Below are positions 34,648 to 44,875 of a DNA stretch of 64,000 nucleotides, piece after piece. Origin of the DNA: Spirochaetia bacterium (GTDB lineage: Bacteria > Spirochaetota > Spirochaetia > SZUA-6 > Bin103); contig CBDBDQ010000005.1 of assembly GCA_965203905.1 (NCBI GenBank), forward strand, positions 1,856,001 to 1,920,000. Direction: 5' to 3'. A program made the translations under genes and the position numbers. How positions within the stretch are numbered: the stretch's first letter is position 1; every line of letters starts with the position of its first letter. Below the pieces are notes generated by a model. The model did no database searches. It was not told the DNA's origin and was given only the letters and a program-made list of their open reading frames with translations.

Positions 34648-35895
34648 TCAGCGGCGGGAGCCGCTGCGGCGTCCGCGCGGGCCGCCGCGCTGCTGCTGCG
34701 CCGCGGCGGCGCGGGCGCCTTCGGGAGCCGTGGTCCGGCGGCGCAGGGTGGTCACGCTGCGGGCACGGCCGTCGGGCGCCACGTCCAGCACCACGCCCTG
34801 CAATTCCAGCAGCCCCCACGCGTCGCGTGACTGCTCGTGCACCTGATTGACGAACTTGCGCGTCTCGACCGCGGGATCGAGTCCGCCGACGGAGTGCAGG
34901 CTGCCGGTGCGCCCGCAGTGGGTGATGGCCGCGGTGCCGCCCGGCAGGATCCGCGCGTCCGCCGACAGCGTGCGCACGTGAGTACCCAGGAGGGCGCTGG
35001 CCTTGCCGTCGAGGAAGATGCTCATGGCCACCTTCTCGGCGGTGGTGGTGGCATGAAAATCCACCAGCACGATGGGGGTCTGCTGCTTCACGCGCTCGAT
35101 CAGGCCGCCCACCACTTCGAACGGATTGCGCAGGTGCACCCGGCTGAAGCCCGCCTGGCCCAGCAGCGAGATCACTCCTGCCGCGGGGCCGGGAGGCCGA
35201 ATGGGTGCCGCCGGAGCGGACTTCGCGCTCGCGCTGCCCGATCGCCCCGGCTCCGCGGCCGGCGCGGGACGGTCGCCGCCGGAAGGCGGGGTGCCACCGG
35301 AAGGCGGGGTGCCACCGGAAGGAGGGGTGCCACCGGAAGGCGGGGTGCCGCCGGAAGGCGGGGTGCCACTGGAAGGCGGGGTGCCACTGGAAGGCGGGGT
35401 GCCGCCGGAAGGCGGGGTGCCACTGGAAGGCGGGGTGCCACTGGAAGGCGGGGTGCCGCCGGAAGGAGGGGTGCCACCGGAAGGAGGGGTGCCACCGGAA
35501 GGCGGGGTGGTGGCAGGGGCCGCCGGTTGCGCGTCTGCCGGCCGCTCACGGCGCCGCTCGCCACGCTGCGCCGGCGGCCGCGGGCGCGCCACCATCCAGC
35601 CCCTTCCCGGGTTGCCGTAAGGGTAATTCGCAGGCCGCAACAGGTAGCGCGCCTGGGCGATGTGGCCCACCATGTCGCGCTTGTAGTAGGCGAAGTCGCC
35701 GGTGGTGATGACGTCCACGCCCAGCTTGTGCAGGTAGATGGAATGCCCCTTGCCGAGCCCGAAGCCGCCGGTGGCGCCTTCCGCCGCCGCGATGGTGAGG
35801 TCGATGTCCAGTTCGCGCTTGAGACCGGGCAGCAGCGCCTTGATGCAGTATACGCCGGCGCCGCCCACCACTTCGCCAATGAACAGAATGCGCAT
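34648..35895 (-). CDS. YmdB/TIGR00282 metallophosphoesterase-like protein with a low-complexity insertion
   Basis: MRILFIGEVVG, LLRPANYP..PGRG, VDFHA.TTAEK, GTH. Confidence 0.85.
   Translation of the reverse strand: MRILFIGEVVGGAGVYCIKALLPGLKRELDIDLTIAAAEGATGGFGLGKGHSIYLHKLGVDVITTGDFAYYKRDMVGHIAQARYLLRPANYPYGNPGRGWMVARPRPPAQRGERRRERPADAQPAAPATTPPSGGTPPSGGTPPSGGTPPSSGTPPSSGTPPSGGTPPSSGTPPSSGTPPSGGTPPSGGTPPSGGTPPSGGTPPSGGDRPAPAAEPGRSGSASAKSAPAAPIRPPGPAAGVISLLGQAGFSRVHLRNPFEVVGGLIERVKQQTPIVLVDFHATTTAEKVAMSIFLDGKASALLGTHVRTLSADARILPGGTAAITHCGRTGSLHSVGGLDPAVETRKFVNQVHEQSRDAWGLLELQGVVLDVAPDGRARSVTTLRRRTTAPEGARAAAAQQQRGGPRGRRSGSRR
35275..35508 (-). repeat. 13 x 18-bp tandem repeat encoding TPPS(G/S)G
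   Basis: Unit gcc(a/g)c(c/t)ggaagg(c/a)ggggt, counted from the translation. Confidence 0.95.
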
Positions 35896-36017
35896 CGGTT
35901 CCAGCATAACAGAGCCGGCGCACCCGGTCTGCTGGACCGGCAGCGCCCGCGGAGAGTACCGTCGGCGGCAGAAGCACCGGCAGCCGCTGGTACCCATGCC
36001 GTGCTTCGCCAATCGTC

Positions 36018-37205
36018 GTGCTAGCGCGTGTCCTTGAAGTCCTGTTGGTGGCCCTGAAACTGGGCGTTACCTCGTTCGGCGGGCCGGTCGCCCACATCGG
36101 CTACTTCCGCGACGAGTACGTGACCCGGCGGCGGTGGCTGGACGAACGCTCCTACGCCGACCTGGTCGCGCTGTGCCAGTTGCTGCCTGGCCCGGCCAGC
36201 AGCCAGGTCGGCATTGCCGTAGGGATGACGCGCGCCGGCATCGGCGGCGGCGTGGCCGCGTGGCTCGGCTTCACGCTGCCCTCCGCGGCGCTCCTGATCC
36301 TGTTCGGCTACGGCGTGGCAAGCTTCGAGCCGCTGGTGACGAGCGCCCTGCTGCGCGGCCTCAAGGTGGTGGCGGCGGCCGTGGTCGCGTTCGCGGTCTA
36401 CGGCATGGCACAGACTCTGGCCCCGGACCGGCGCCGCGCGACCATCGCCGTGCTGGCGGCGATCGGGATGCTGTTCTGGCGCACGCCGCTGGCGCAGGTG
36501 CTGGTCATCGTCGTTGCCGGGGGCGCCGGCTGGATGTTGCTGCGGGACACCGTGCAGGAGTCCGGAGCCGCGCCTCGCAACGCTTCCGTAGGCGTTCTCA
36601 GGAGCGTGGTCTGCCTCGCCCTGTTCCTGCTGCTGCTGCTGGGGCTGCCGCTTGCCCGGCAGCTCACGGACAGCGTCTGGCTCGGCGTGTTCGACGCCTT
36701 CTACCGCGCGGGGGCGCTGGTGTTCGGAGGCGGACACGTGGTCCTGCCCCTGCTGCAGGCGGAGGTGGTGCCGGTCGGATGGGTGAGCGGCGACCAGTTC
36801 ATCGCCGGCTACGGCGCGGCGCAGGCCGTCCCCGGACCGTTGTTCACCTTTTCCGCCTACCTGGGAACGGTGATGGCGGGACCCACGGGCGGCTGGCGCG
36901 GCGGCCTGCTTGCCCTCGGGGCGATCTTCCTGCCCTCGTTTCTGCTGGTGATCGGCATCCTGCCGCTGTGGGATCGGCTGCGTTCGGTCGGGCGCTTCCG
37001 CGCCGCGGTCGCGGGCGTCAACGCGGCGGTCGTGGGGCTGCTGCTCGCCGCGCTGTACGACCCGGTATGGATCACGGCGCTGCACGCTCCGGGCGACGTG
37101 GCGCTGGGCCTGGCCGCGTTCGGCATGCTGGCCTGGTGGAAGCTGCCGCCGTGGCTGGTGGTGCTGCTCGGCGCCGCCGCCGGCGCCGCACTCGGATCGC
37201 TTTAG
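36018..37205 (+). CDS. chrA: Chromate efflux transporter
   Basis: LGVTSFGGP, LCQLLPGPASSQ, VFGGGHVVLP, AQAVPGP. Confidence 0.95.
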   Translation: MLARVLEVLLVALKLGVTSFGGPVAHIGYFRDEYVTRRRWLDERSYADLVALCQLLPGPASSQVGIAVGMTRAGIGGGVAAWLGFTLPSAALLILFGYGVASFEPLVTSALLRGLKVVAAAVVAFAVYGMAQTLAPDRRRATIAVLAAIGMLFWRTPLAQVLVIVVAGGAGWMLLRDTVQESGAAPRNASVGVLRSVVCLALFLLLLLGLPLARQLTDSVWLGVFDAFYRAGALVFGGGHVVLPLLQAEVVPVGWVSGDQFIAGYGAAQAVPGPLFTFSAYLGTVMAGPTGGWRGGLLALGAIFLPSFLLVIGILPLWDRLRSVGRFRAAVAGVNAAVVGLLLAALYDPVWITALHAPGDVALGLAAFGMLAWWKLPPWLVVLLGAAAGAALGSL

Positions 37206-37847
37206 CCGCGTCTACTCGCAGCGGGCGCGCGTCGACGGATCGGTGAGTCCAGCATCGCCTGCAGTCGCCGGCGTCCGCCCGTCCTTCGCGCAGCCTGCGG
37301 TACTCGGCAAGGTAGTCTGAAAGCGGGGGAGGCCGATGGCGTGACGTCGCTCGTTGCAGCGAAGGCTCACCAGGGCCATCCCATGCTGAACGACGCCTGC
37401 CTGACCGCTAGCACACTGCTCGAATGCACCACGACGTCTGAATCCCGTGTGGGCGAGCGGCGATGATGGCCCCGGCGCCTGCCAGATCGCCGCCGCCTTC
37501 AGGGTGCGTGCGTTCGTTAGCTGTACGATGTGTCCAGGAATGGGTGGGTTGCCGCCCACCGACAACGCGCCGGTCTCCGCCGATGCGTTGCTGCCACGCC
37601 GGCGCCGCGGTGCAGGATTCGCAGGATTCTGCAAAAAGTGCTAAAAAAGTGCGCCGAGTACTTGACGGGTTTGGCGCTGCTCGTGACGGTCTCCTGCCGC
37701 ACGTTCCGGCCCCTCCGCCCCTTCGAACATCTCGCCACGACCTCCAGGACCGTCAGCACCCCGCCAGCGCCGGCCTAAGCCCTTCCCGGTGCCCGTCCCG
37801 GGACTTGCCTAAACCTGGCATTTCTCAACCATGTTTATATTTACGCC

Positions 37848-38040
37848 ATGGCTACCGCGACCGCTTCGGGCTTCTCCTCCTCGCTCTCCGGGCTCCCCGA
37901 CCAGGTGCTGCTGGCGCATACCAGGTCCCTCGTCCTGCACGAGCAGGCGCTGCAACTCGCCGTCCTCGACCACCTGCGCGAGATCCACGCCCGCCACCTC
38001 CACCTGCGCCGCGGGTTCTCCAGCCTGTTCGACTACGCCA
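37848..38040 (+). pseudogene. Truncated N-terminus of an HNH-endonuclease-associated family protein
   Basis: LPDQVLLAHTRSLV...VLDHLREI...RRGFSSLFDYA, then abrupt AT-rich sequence. Confidence 0.65.
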
Positions 38041-38069
38041 TTATCGCTCTTATTTATAAGTACGATAAT
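38040..38069. other. 30-bp imperfect palindrome at the left edge of block B
   Basis: attatcgctcttat-tt-ataagtacgataat (12 of 14 arm positions complementary). Confidence 0.7.
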
Positions 38070-38518
38070 AGTTTACTCATTACTCCAGTATCCCGTTATT
38101 GCTCTCGCAACCCCTTGGTGGTATCCGATCATCCTTTGACTTCCTTCGGTCTTGCGCCGAGACGCGAGCGGAGCCGGTCATCGTGACTGTGAACGGCGTC
38201 AACCGCGGCTCCGCCACCGCCGTACCCATTGCCCTCACCTTCTCGCACGCGATTGGGACACCGTCAAGACGGCAGGAACTGAGCGTTCCGACGTGACGCT
38301 GAGCCAAGCGGCGTGGCTTGAACAATTCTATTCCGGCAGCGACGATGTTCCGCGACTGGCGCCGGTGCCACAGACGCTCAGCGTGAGGTTGCCGTGCACG
38401 CGCTCGCCCACATGAACCCGAACAGCATCCAGGCGGGCCTACTTCGCGAACCGGCTAGTCCGAGCGGCGGCGAAAGCTGATGGATGCAGCCACTATCCTG
38501 CCGCAGCAGAAGGGTCTG

Positions 38519-38942
38519 TCACTCACGGCGGACGAGTTGACTGCACGGTCTGAACGTACGTGCTTGCTGTGATCGTGGCCAACTTGGCGTGAGACGGTGT
38601 ACCTGAGTGCCGGGCTTCACGTCCAGCGGCGCCACGCTCCCGCCGCGGTCCCGGTACCGGAACCAACGCCGCGGCCGCACCACCTCCTCGCCGAAGCGGT
38701 TGATGAACCGCAGGTTGCGCACCCGCTCAAAGACTGTGACCTCTCCGCCGACGCTGATCTGGTTGACGCAGGTTGGCTCGTCGAGACAGGCTAACTCCTG
38801 CACCATCGCGTCGCCGATCCAGTTCACCATCTCCAGGAGCTTGGCCTCTGCGTCCTGGAGCCCAAGCCCGCCGGCCGTTGATGCCTCCCTGCAGTTCCTC
38901 GACTAGACCCTCGGCCACTGCTGTAAGTTCTTGTGTATCCAT
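38519..38942 (-). pseudogene. Frameshifted transposase N-terminal remnant (ISKra4/ISLre2-like)
   Basis: MDTQEL...|GLQDAEAKLLEMV...LRFINRFGEEVVRPRRW.RY...APLD, split over two frames. Confidence 0.5.
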
Positions 38943-39058
38943 GGTCTACCTCCCTATGATGTGGTGTTCTGGCGTAGGTAGAAGGATTTGCTACCGCCCT
39001 TAGCGTTCGCACCCGTTTGGGTCGATGACTTGACGATTCCAACTGCTCATGATATACG

Positions 39059-40084
39059 ATGCTCGTGTCCACGGCGGCGGCGCGAGAGAAAGAGAATGGG
39101 ACGTTATCGAACAGGCAACTCGACTTGGGCGTGCACGTTCCAGAACAGTACTATTGCCGAACCGACCAGGGGAGCGTAGCAGGCGTGCTCCTTCAGGACG
39201 CTGCGGGAGCGTTGAGTTTGCTACCGTCCGGTGCCTTCAACGTAGCTCTGACGTCCCCTCCCTACTACTGGGTACGCGACTACGGGTACGAGGAGCAGAT
39301 CGGACACGAGCAATCGGTGGACGAGTACATCAACGCGCTCATGGAGGTATTCGACGAGGTGTTTCGGACGCTGCATCCGGAGGGGTGCTTCTTCCTAAAC
39401 ATAGGCGACACCTACTACTCGGGGAACGGGCAGCCACATGGTTCCGACCCCAAATGCTCCTCCAGGAACTTCCTGCGCCAGAAGGTACGGGCGGTGGATG
39501 TGAGCGGCTGGGACATCCCAAAGAAGTCGCTGATCGGGATACCATGGAAGGTCGCCTTCGCCATGCAGGATCGAGGCTGGACTCTGCGGAGTTCGATCAT
39601 CTGGAACCGATGCAATGCCTTTGTGGAGCCGACGGCGCGCGACCGACCGCACCGTCAGTATGAGTTCATCTTCCTGTTTTCGAAGGCCCGGTTCTACTCA
39701 TTTGACCGGTCCGAACTGGTAGAGGAGGACGTCTGGAACATCCCGATTGAGCGTTTTCGGAAGGCTAACCACAACGCTGCCTTTCCAAGCGAACTCGTAA
39801 GGCGCTGCATCCACCTAGGGAGTCCTGTCGGTGGACATGTGCTCGACCCTTTCGTCGGAAGCGGCACCACCATCTTCACAGCCCTCGAACACGGACGGAA
39901 CGTGGTAGGAATCGACTTGAGCAAACAGTACGTTCAGTACATCCAAGGACGATTGCGCCAAGCCGGCCATGAGACGATCAGCTGCGATACGATGAAGGCC
40001 ACGCTATCGACACCGTCTCCACTGTGGGATGAGTGGGCCGGCAACGTGGAGAACCTCCGTAAGAAAGTCATCGACAAATCCTGA
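39059..40084 (+). CDS. Amino (N4C/N6A) DNA methyltransferase, beta class
   Basis: TSPPY precedes DPFVGSGT; H.A.FP. Confidence 0.92.
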   Translation: MLVSTAAAREKENGTLSNRQLDLGVHVPEQYYCRTDQGSVAGVLLQDAAGALSLLPSGAFNVALTSPPYYWVRDYGYEEQIGHEQSVDEYINALMEVFDEVFRTLHPEGCFFLNIGDTYYSGNGQPHGSDPKCSSRNFLRQKVRAVDVSGWDIPKKSLIGIPWKVAFAMQDRGWTLRSSIIWNRCNAFVEPTARDRPHRQYEFIFLFSKARFYSFDRSELVEEDVWNIPIERFRKANHNAAFPSELVRRCIHLGSPVGGHVLDPFVGSGTTIFTALEHGRNVVGIDLSKQYVQYIQGRLRQAGHETISCDTMKATLSTPSPLWDEWAGNVENLRKKVIDKS

Positions 40085-40086
40085 CC

Positions 40087-41661
40087 ATGCGGTACTTCCC
40101 GCTGAGCTTCATCAGTTCAGCAATCGTCCACCTGTCGAGTTATAGCGCCAACTGGCTGATCCCGCCGTTCGTATTCGCGGCAAACGATGTCGATATGAGC
40201 GACGTCGTCGACATGTCCAAGAAGCACGGAACCGATCGGTTTCTCGACAAATACTTTAGCGGCGACCTGCTTGGCATTCGTCCCTATCCGTCCGGTAACA
40301 ATCTATTGCGGCCGATCATGAGGGGAAGCAGAGGAATCGACTCGGACCTGTTGATTCACCAGGACACCAAGTTATGGGGGAACATCTTCTCCTCTCGTGG
40401 TTACCGCGAGATGCGACAACGTGGGGAGATAGACGGTGAGGGATCGATCATCCGACTAACGGAGTCCTTTCAACCGAAGTTCGAGCGGGAGATTCCAGAA
40501 TCGTTCCGATTCGAATACTTTATGACATGGTTGTTTGCCTTCACGGGTTTTCCTGATAACATTATGGGCTGGGCGGCTCTGATGGAAGAGCTGCTCCATA
40601 ACCACCTAAAGATAGACCATTTCGCACCTCCATACCGTCAACGGTTCACGCTATCCGATGTTCCGCCAGCCTGGCCCAGGAGCTGGCGACAAAGGATGGC
40701 CAATAGCAGAATCATTCAGCAACTCGCACCCGCTCTCAATCGAACACTGCGGGGGGAGAACAATATAACCAGCGACACCCGGGACAGTCCTCCATCGGCT
40801 GAAAGCGCACCCTTACTCCCAGACGATAACGAAGCGTTGGTGACTATCCGGAAGTCAATATCGGATCAGTCCAGCTTCGCGTTTCTCCTGACTGGTCCGC
40901 CAGGTACTGGCAAGACGAGAACGGCCCGACAACTGGCCAGGAAGCTGACGGATGACGACAGTGATCGATCCTTGTTCTTGCAGTTCCATCCCGGATTCAA
41001 TTACGACGATTTCATAGAGGGTTTCCGCCCAAAGGCGACACGATCTGGGATTCTCTATGAGGTGGACCGCCGGCTGTTCCTCTCGTTCGCCCTAAAGGCA
41101 ACCAACGATAGCGACCGGATATATGTGGCGGTGATCGATGAGCTAAACCGCGGGGATGTAGCCGGAGTGTTCGGCGAAATACTCACGTACATCGAACCGG
41201 ACTACCGAGGCGTGTCCTTCACGCTGCCGTTCTCGGGAACCAAGCAGACGCTGCCAAAGAACCTCGTGCTGATTGCTACCGCGAATCCGTACGACCGATC
41301 CGTGACCGAGATTGACGACTCCTTGCTGCGCAGATTCTGGGTGATAGATATACAGCCGGACCGAATGCTGTTGCAGGCACACTTGAAAGAAAATGGCGTG
41401 CAGGACGGCGTGATTCGTCGGACGTTACGGCTGTTCGAGATTCTGAACGAACGGCTGCCGCACGGATTTGGCCACACGTCCTTCCTGAATGTCAGGAGCG
41501 TTGATGACCTTGCGTCGGTCTGGCTAGGGCGGATCCGGATGACCCTACGTCGCTCTATTGCGTACGACCGTGCGTTTTATCAGGAGGCGGAGGCGGAGAT
41601 CGAACAGCTACTGGAGACCAGCAGAGACGAAGGGACAGACGAAAGCGGTTCCACGTCCTGA
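40087..41661 (+). CDS. mcrB: McrB-like AAA+ GTPase with an unrecognised N-terminal domain
   Basis: GPPGTGKT, QFHP..YDDFIEG, IDELNRGD, NPYD (NxxD), LRRF. Confidence 0.88.
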   Translation: MRYFPLSFISSAIVHLSSYSANWLIPPFVFAANDVDMSDVVDMSKKHGTDRFLDKYFSGDLLGIRPYPSGNNLLRPIMRGSRGIDSDLLIHQDTKLWGNIFSSRGYREMRQRGEIDGEGSIIRLTESFQPKFEREIPESFRFEYFMTWLFAFTGFPDNIMGWAALMEELLHNHLKIDHFAPPYRQRFTLSDVPPAWPRSWRQRMANSRIIQQLAPALNRTLRGENNITSDTRDSPPSAESAPLLPDDNEALVTIRKSISDQSSFAFLLTGPPGTGKTRTARQLARKLTDDDSDRSLFLQFHPGFNYDDFIEGFRPKATRSGILYEVDRRLFLSFALKATNDSDRIYVAVIDELNRGDVAGVFGEILTYIEPDYRGVSFTLPFSGTKQTLPKNLVLIATANPYDRSVTEIDDSLLRRFWVIDIQPDRMLLQAHLKENGVQDGVIRRTLRLFEILNERLPHGFGHTSFLNVRSVDDLASVWLGRIRMTLRRSIAYDRAFYQEAEAEIEQLLETSRDEGTDESGSTS

Positions 41662-42905
41662 TGGCCGACCGTACCATCGAACTATTCGAATACGAGAGCA
41701 AGGTTTTCGGCCGGGACGAGTTCCGAGGTCCCGATGGAACCAGCTTGATCCTACCAGAAGCCCGCAAGCTGGGCGCGATAGAACTTCGCGATACCTACGC
41801 TGGAATAACCCTGATGGCCAGAGGAGTCTCTGGATACTTACGGCTGACCACTCAGCTATCACTACAGATCAACCCTCGATTCCCTATCGAAAACCTATGG
41901 CGAATGATGCTCTGGACGGACGAGCGGTACCGTCGGATGCTGCCTATTGTCCGATCGTACGCCCGCCAGGTTGACGGACCGCCTCATCTGTTGCTCGTCC
42001 GGAGCTTCTGCCATTTTCTACGATCGATACTGCGAGACGGTCTATGGCGTGCTTACCTGCCAGAGGAAGTCGAGGGGCATTTCAAGCCGAGGATCCGCTT
42101 CGGCAGGACCGTGAGCCGGTTCCTGTCGAAGGGCGATCAGAACAACGTTGTTCGCGCGGAATACATACTGTCAAACCGACTGGACGCAAACTACGCGCTC
42201 AAGGCGGCCTGCCAGAAATTCCTGCGCATCATCCCGATGAATCGTGATTGGGAACAAGAAAGGCTCGATCTTCATGAAGCGCTGAACCTCCTGGCACGAG
42301 TACCGGTCAGAGAACCACTATTTGGCCACCGCGAAATGACCCGTGGAATACCGTCCTGGCTAAGAGACGGGTATTCTAAAGCCCTCGCGGTCTACTCGCT
42401 CTATAGGGGAAACACAGGTGCCGGGTTCCAGCATGAGCTTCCTGGTATGGACATGCCGTCCTTCCTGTTCAAGCTCGACGAGATATTTGAACAGTTCGTC
42501 AGGAACTCCCTGCGAGCCAATGTGGATGGCGCCGAGGTGGTCGACGGGAACCAACGACGAATACGCCTATTCTGGACAGGCAGCGATCTTGAGGTATCTC
42601 CTGACATCATACTCCGAATCGATGGACGGACGGCCGCGATCATCGAGGTGAAATATAAACCGAAGATTAGCGAGGCCGATCGGTATCAGACGATCGCCTA
42701 CACGGTCGCCGCGGATGCCCCGATAGGGATATTGGTGTCGCCAGCGACCTCGGGCCACGACGGGTTGGACTACTTGGGGTCAGTGTCGGGACAACGCTTC
42801 TACCACTACCGGCTAGACGTTAGCACCGACCTCGATGTCAGTACGGGCAGAATGGCCAGGGAGATTATGCTAGAGTGTGATGGCATGCAAAACGCGAGCT
42901 CATGA
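41661..42905 (+). CDS. mcrC: McrC-like PD-(D/E)XK nuclease
   Basis: IFEQFV, PDII, EVKYK, DRYQ..AY; TGATG-coupled to mcrB. Confidence 0.85.
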   Translation: MADRTIELFEYESKVFGRDEFRGPDGTSLILPEARKLGAIELRDTYAGITLMARGVSGYLRLTTQLSLQINPRFPIENLWRMMLWTDERYRRMLPIVRSYARQVDGPPHLLLVRSFCHFLRSILRDGLWRAYLPEEVEGHFKPRIRFGRTVSRFLSKGDQNNVVRAEYILSNRLDANYALKAACQKFLRIIPMNRDWEQERLDLHEALNLLARVPVREPLFGHREMTRGIPSWLRDGYSKALAVYSLYRGNTGAGFQHELPGMDMPSFLFKLDEIFEQFVRNSLRANVDGAEVVDGNQRRIRLFWTGSDLEVSPDIILRIDGRTAAIIEVKYKPKISEADRYQTIAYTVAADAPIGILVSPATSGHDGLDYLGSVSGQRFYHYRLDVSTDLDVSTGRMAREIMLECDGMQNASS

Positions 42906-42923
42906 GGGATGTGCGGATCTGAC

Positions 42924-42943
42924 GGTAGTGCATCAGTTTGAAA
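42924..42943 (+). mobile_element. IS1-family-like terminal repeat
   Basis: ggtagtgcatcagtttgaaa; related to 9385 and 49905. Confidence 0.6.
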
Positions 42944-43003
42944 CCTGCTAATCTCAGACTGCAACAGCTTGACAGCGCGGTGCCGACGCTGTACACCCAC
43001 AGT

Positions 43004-43225
43004 ATGATCGGACCGAACGAGGAGAAGCGTCCAGGTGACGTGATCGCCAACGCGGTGCACGTCGCGAAGATCGCCACCGGCGAGATCGAGAAAGAGTACG
43101 TTGACCAAGCGAAGCGCGCCGGCGCTCGCAAGGGCGGAAACGCCAGGACCAACAGCCTGACGCCGGAGCAGCGGCATGAGATAGCGAAGAAGGCCGCAGC
43201 CGCCCGGTGGCGCGACCGCACCTGA
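43004..43225 (+). CDS. Small basic IS-associated protein
   Basis: KRPGDVIANAVHVAKIATGE...KGGNAR...LTPEQR.EIAKKAAAARW. Confidence 0.8.
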   Translation: MIGPNEEKRPGDVIANAVHVAKIATGEIEKEYVDQAKRAGARKGGNARTNSLTPEQRHEIAKKAAAARWRDRT

Positions 43226-44607
43226 TGCCAACGCCCAATTGGGCGAACCAGACGATATGGACCGGCGACAACCTGCTGATCATGCGCGGCATGAACTCGG
43301 CGTGCGTGGACCTGATCTACTTGGACCCGCCGTTCAACTCCAAGGCGAACTACGCGGCGCCCATCGGCTCCAAGGCGGCCGGTGCCGAGTTCAAGGACAC
43401 ATGGACGCTGCGCGACGTGGACGCCGAGTGGATCAACCTCATCGAGGCCAAGCACCCGGCACTGCACCGCGTCCTACTAGCCGCCATGACAAAGAGCGAC
43501 AAGTCGTACTTGGTCTACATGGCAGTAAGGCTGCTGGAGATGCATCGCATCCTAAAGCCAACGGGCAGCATCTACCTGCACTGCGACCCGACCATGAGCC
43601 ACTACCTGAAAGTGCTCATGGACGCAATCTTCGGGCGCGCGCAGTTCCGAAACGAGGTTATCTGGAAACGTCGGCATGGATCGGCAAGTCATGTCCACGG
43701 CGGCAAGCGGTTCGGGGTCAACAACGACAGCATTCTGTTTTACGTGGCGTCAGAACAAGCAGCATTCAGCCCTCAGTACACTTTTGACGACCCGGAATAC
43801 CAGGAATATATCGACAAGTTCTTCACAAAGACGACGGACGACGGGAGGCGCTATGCGACCGACAATTTGGCCAATCCGGCCTCGCGTCCGAATCTCATGT
43901 ACGACTACAAGGGCTATCCGCACCCGAAGAACGGATGGGCCATATCGCGCGAAAAAATGGAGGCTTGGGAAGCCGAAGGCCGGTTAGAGTTTCCCAACAG
44001 CCCAGGTGGCCGTATCCGTAGGCGCCGCTTTCTCGACGAACTCCGGGGCAAGCCCGTACAGTCAGTGTGGGTGGATATCAAGGGGATCGGGGCACACGCC
44101 ACCGAAAGGCTCGGATACCCTACTCAAAAGCCGCTGGCTTTACTGCGGCGCTTAATCAGTGCCAGTAGCGATCTGGGTGACGTGGTGTTGGACCCGTTCT
44201 GTGGGTGTGCTACTGCCTGTATAGCGGCCGAGGAGCTCGGCCGGGACTGGGTTGGTATCGACATTAGCCCGAAAGCCGCCCAACTGGTACAGCGGCGCAT
44301 GCGCGACGAGCTGGGTATGTTCTACCAGGGCGCGCACCGCACGGACATCCCCTCGCGCACCGACCTAGGCAAGCTCGCTCCGTACCGATCTCACGCCAAG
44401 ATGCTCTACGGTGAGCAATCCGGGAACTGCGCTGGGTGCGGTGAGCACTTCGAGGCGCGACACCTGGAAGTGGACCACATCATCAGTCGGCGCAAGGGCG
44501 GCACCGACCATATCGACAACCTTCAGCTACTATGCGGCTCCTGCAACCGGATCAAGGGGCACCGCGGCATGGAGTACCTGCGCGTCAAACTGCAACTTGC
44601 CGGTTGA
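43225..44607 (+). CDS. Adenine DNA methyltransferase fused to a C-terminal HNH endonuclease
   Basis: YLDPPF, YPTQKP, DPFCGC; CAGC...DHII...GG...NLQLLCGSCNRIK. Confidence 0.9.
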   Translation: MPTPNWANQTIWTGDNLLIMRGMNSACVDLIYLDPPFNSKANYAAPIGSKAAGAEFKDTWTLRDVDAEWINLIEAKHPALHRVLLAAMTKSDKSYLVYMAVRLLEMHRILKPTGSIYLHCDPTMSHYLKVLMDAIFGRAQFRNEVIWKRRHGSASHVHGGKRFGVNNDSILFYVASEQAAFSPQYTFDDPEYQEYIDKFFTKTTDDGRRYATDNLANPASRPNLMYDYKGYPHPKNGWAISREKMEAWEAEGRLEFPNSPGGRIRRRRFLDELRGKPVQSVWVDIKGIGAHATERLGYPTQKPLALLRRLISASSDLGDVVLDPFCGCATACIAAEELGRDWVGIDISPKAAQLVQRRMRDELGMFYQGAHRTDIPSRTDLGKLAPYRSHAKMLYGEQSGNCAGCGEHFEARHLEVDHIISRRKGGTDHIDNLQLLCGSCNRIKGHRGMEYLRVKLQLAG

Positions 44608-44875
44608 CGCGCAGGTCGCAGTCTTCGATGCGGCGAGCTTGTTTGCCCTTCTGGAGCGGAGCGCCGCACTGGCTTCTGCTTCCCACGTCCCCCCTACAGA
44701 CACACTCTTCGTTTCTACTGCCACGATGGAATCAAGGGAGTTGGCCGAGGCGGCGGCACTGAACGGAAAGCCGACGACCAACGGCCTCTGGGTTCTCCGG
44801 CGAAACCTGTACGGCCGTTAGTGGTTTCTTTGGTGTCGGCAGATCAGAATCTTCGATGAACGACAAATGAGGCGG

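Noticed and set aside
35275-35508. Possible CRISPR array
   Set aside because: Contiguous 18-bp units with no spacers, in-frame within a CDS, and no cas genes.
44586-44603. Partner inverted repeat (tcaaactgcaacttgcc) for the IS end at 42924
   Set aside because: Only an 8-bp match, explicable by the coding sequence VKLQL.
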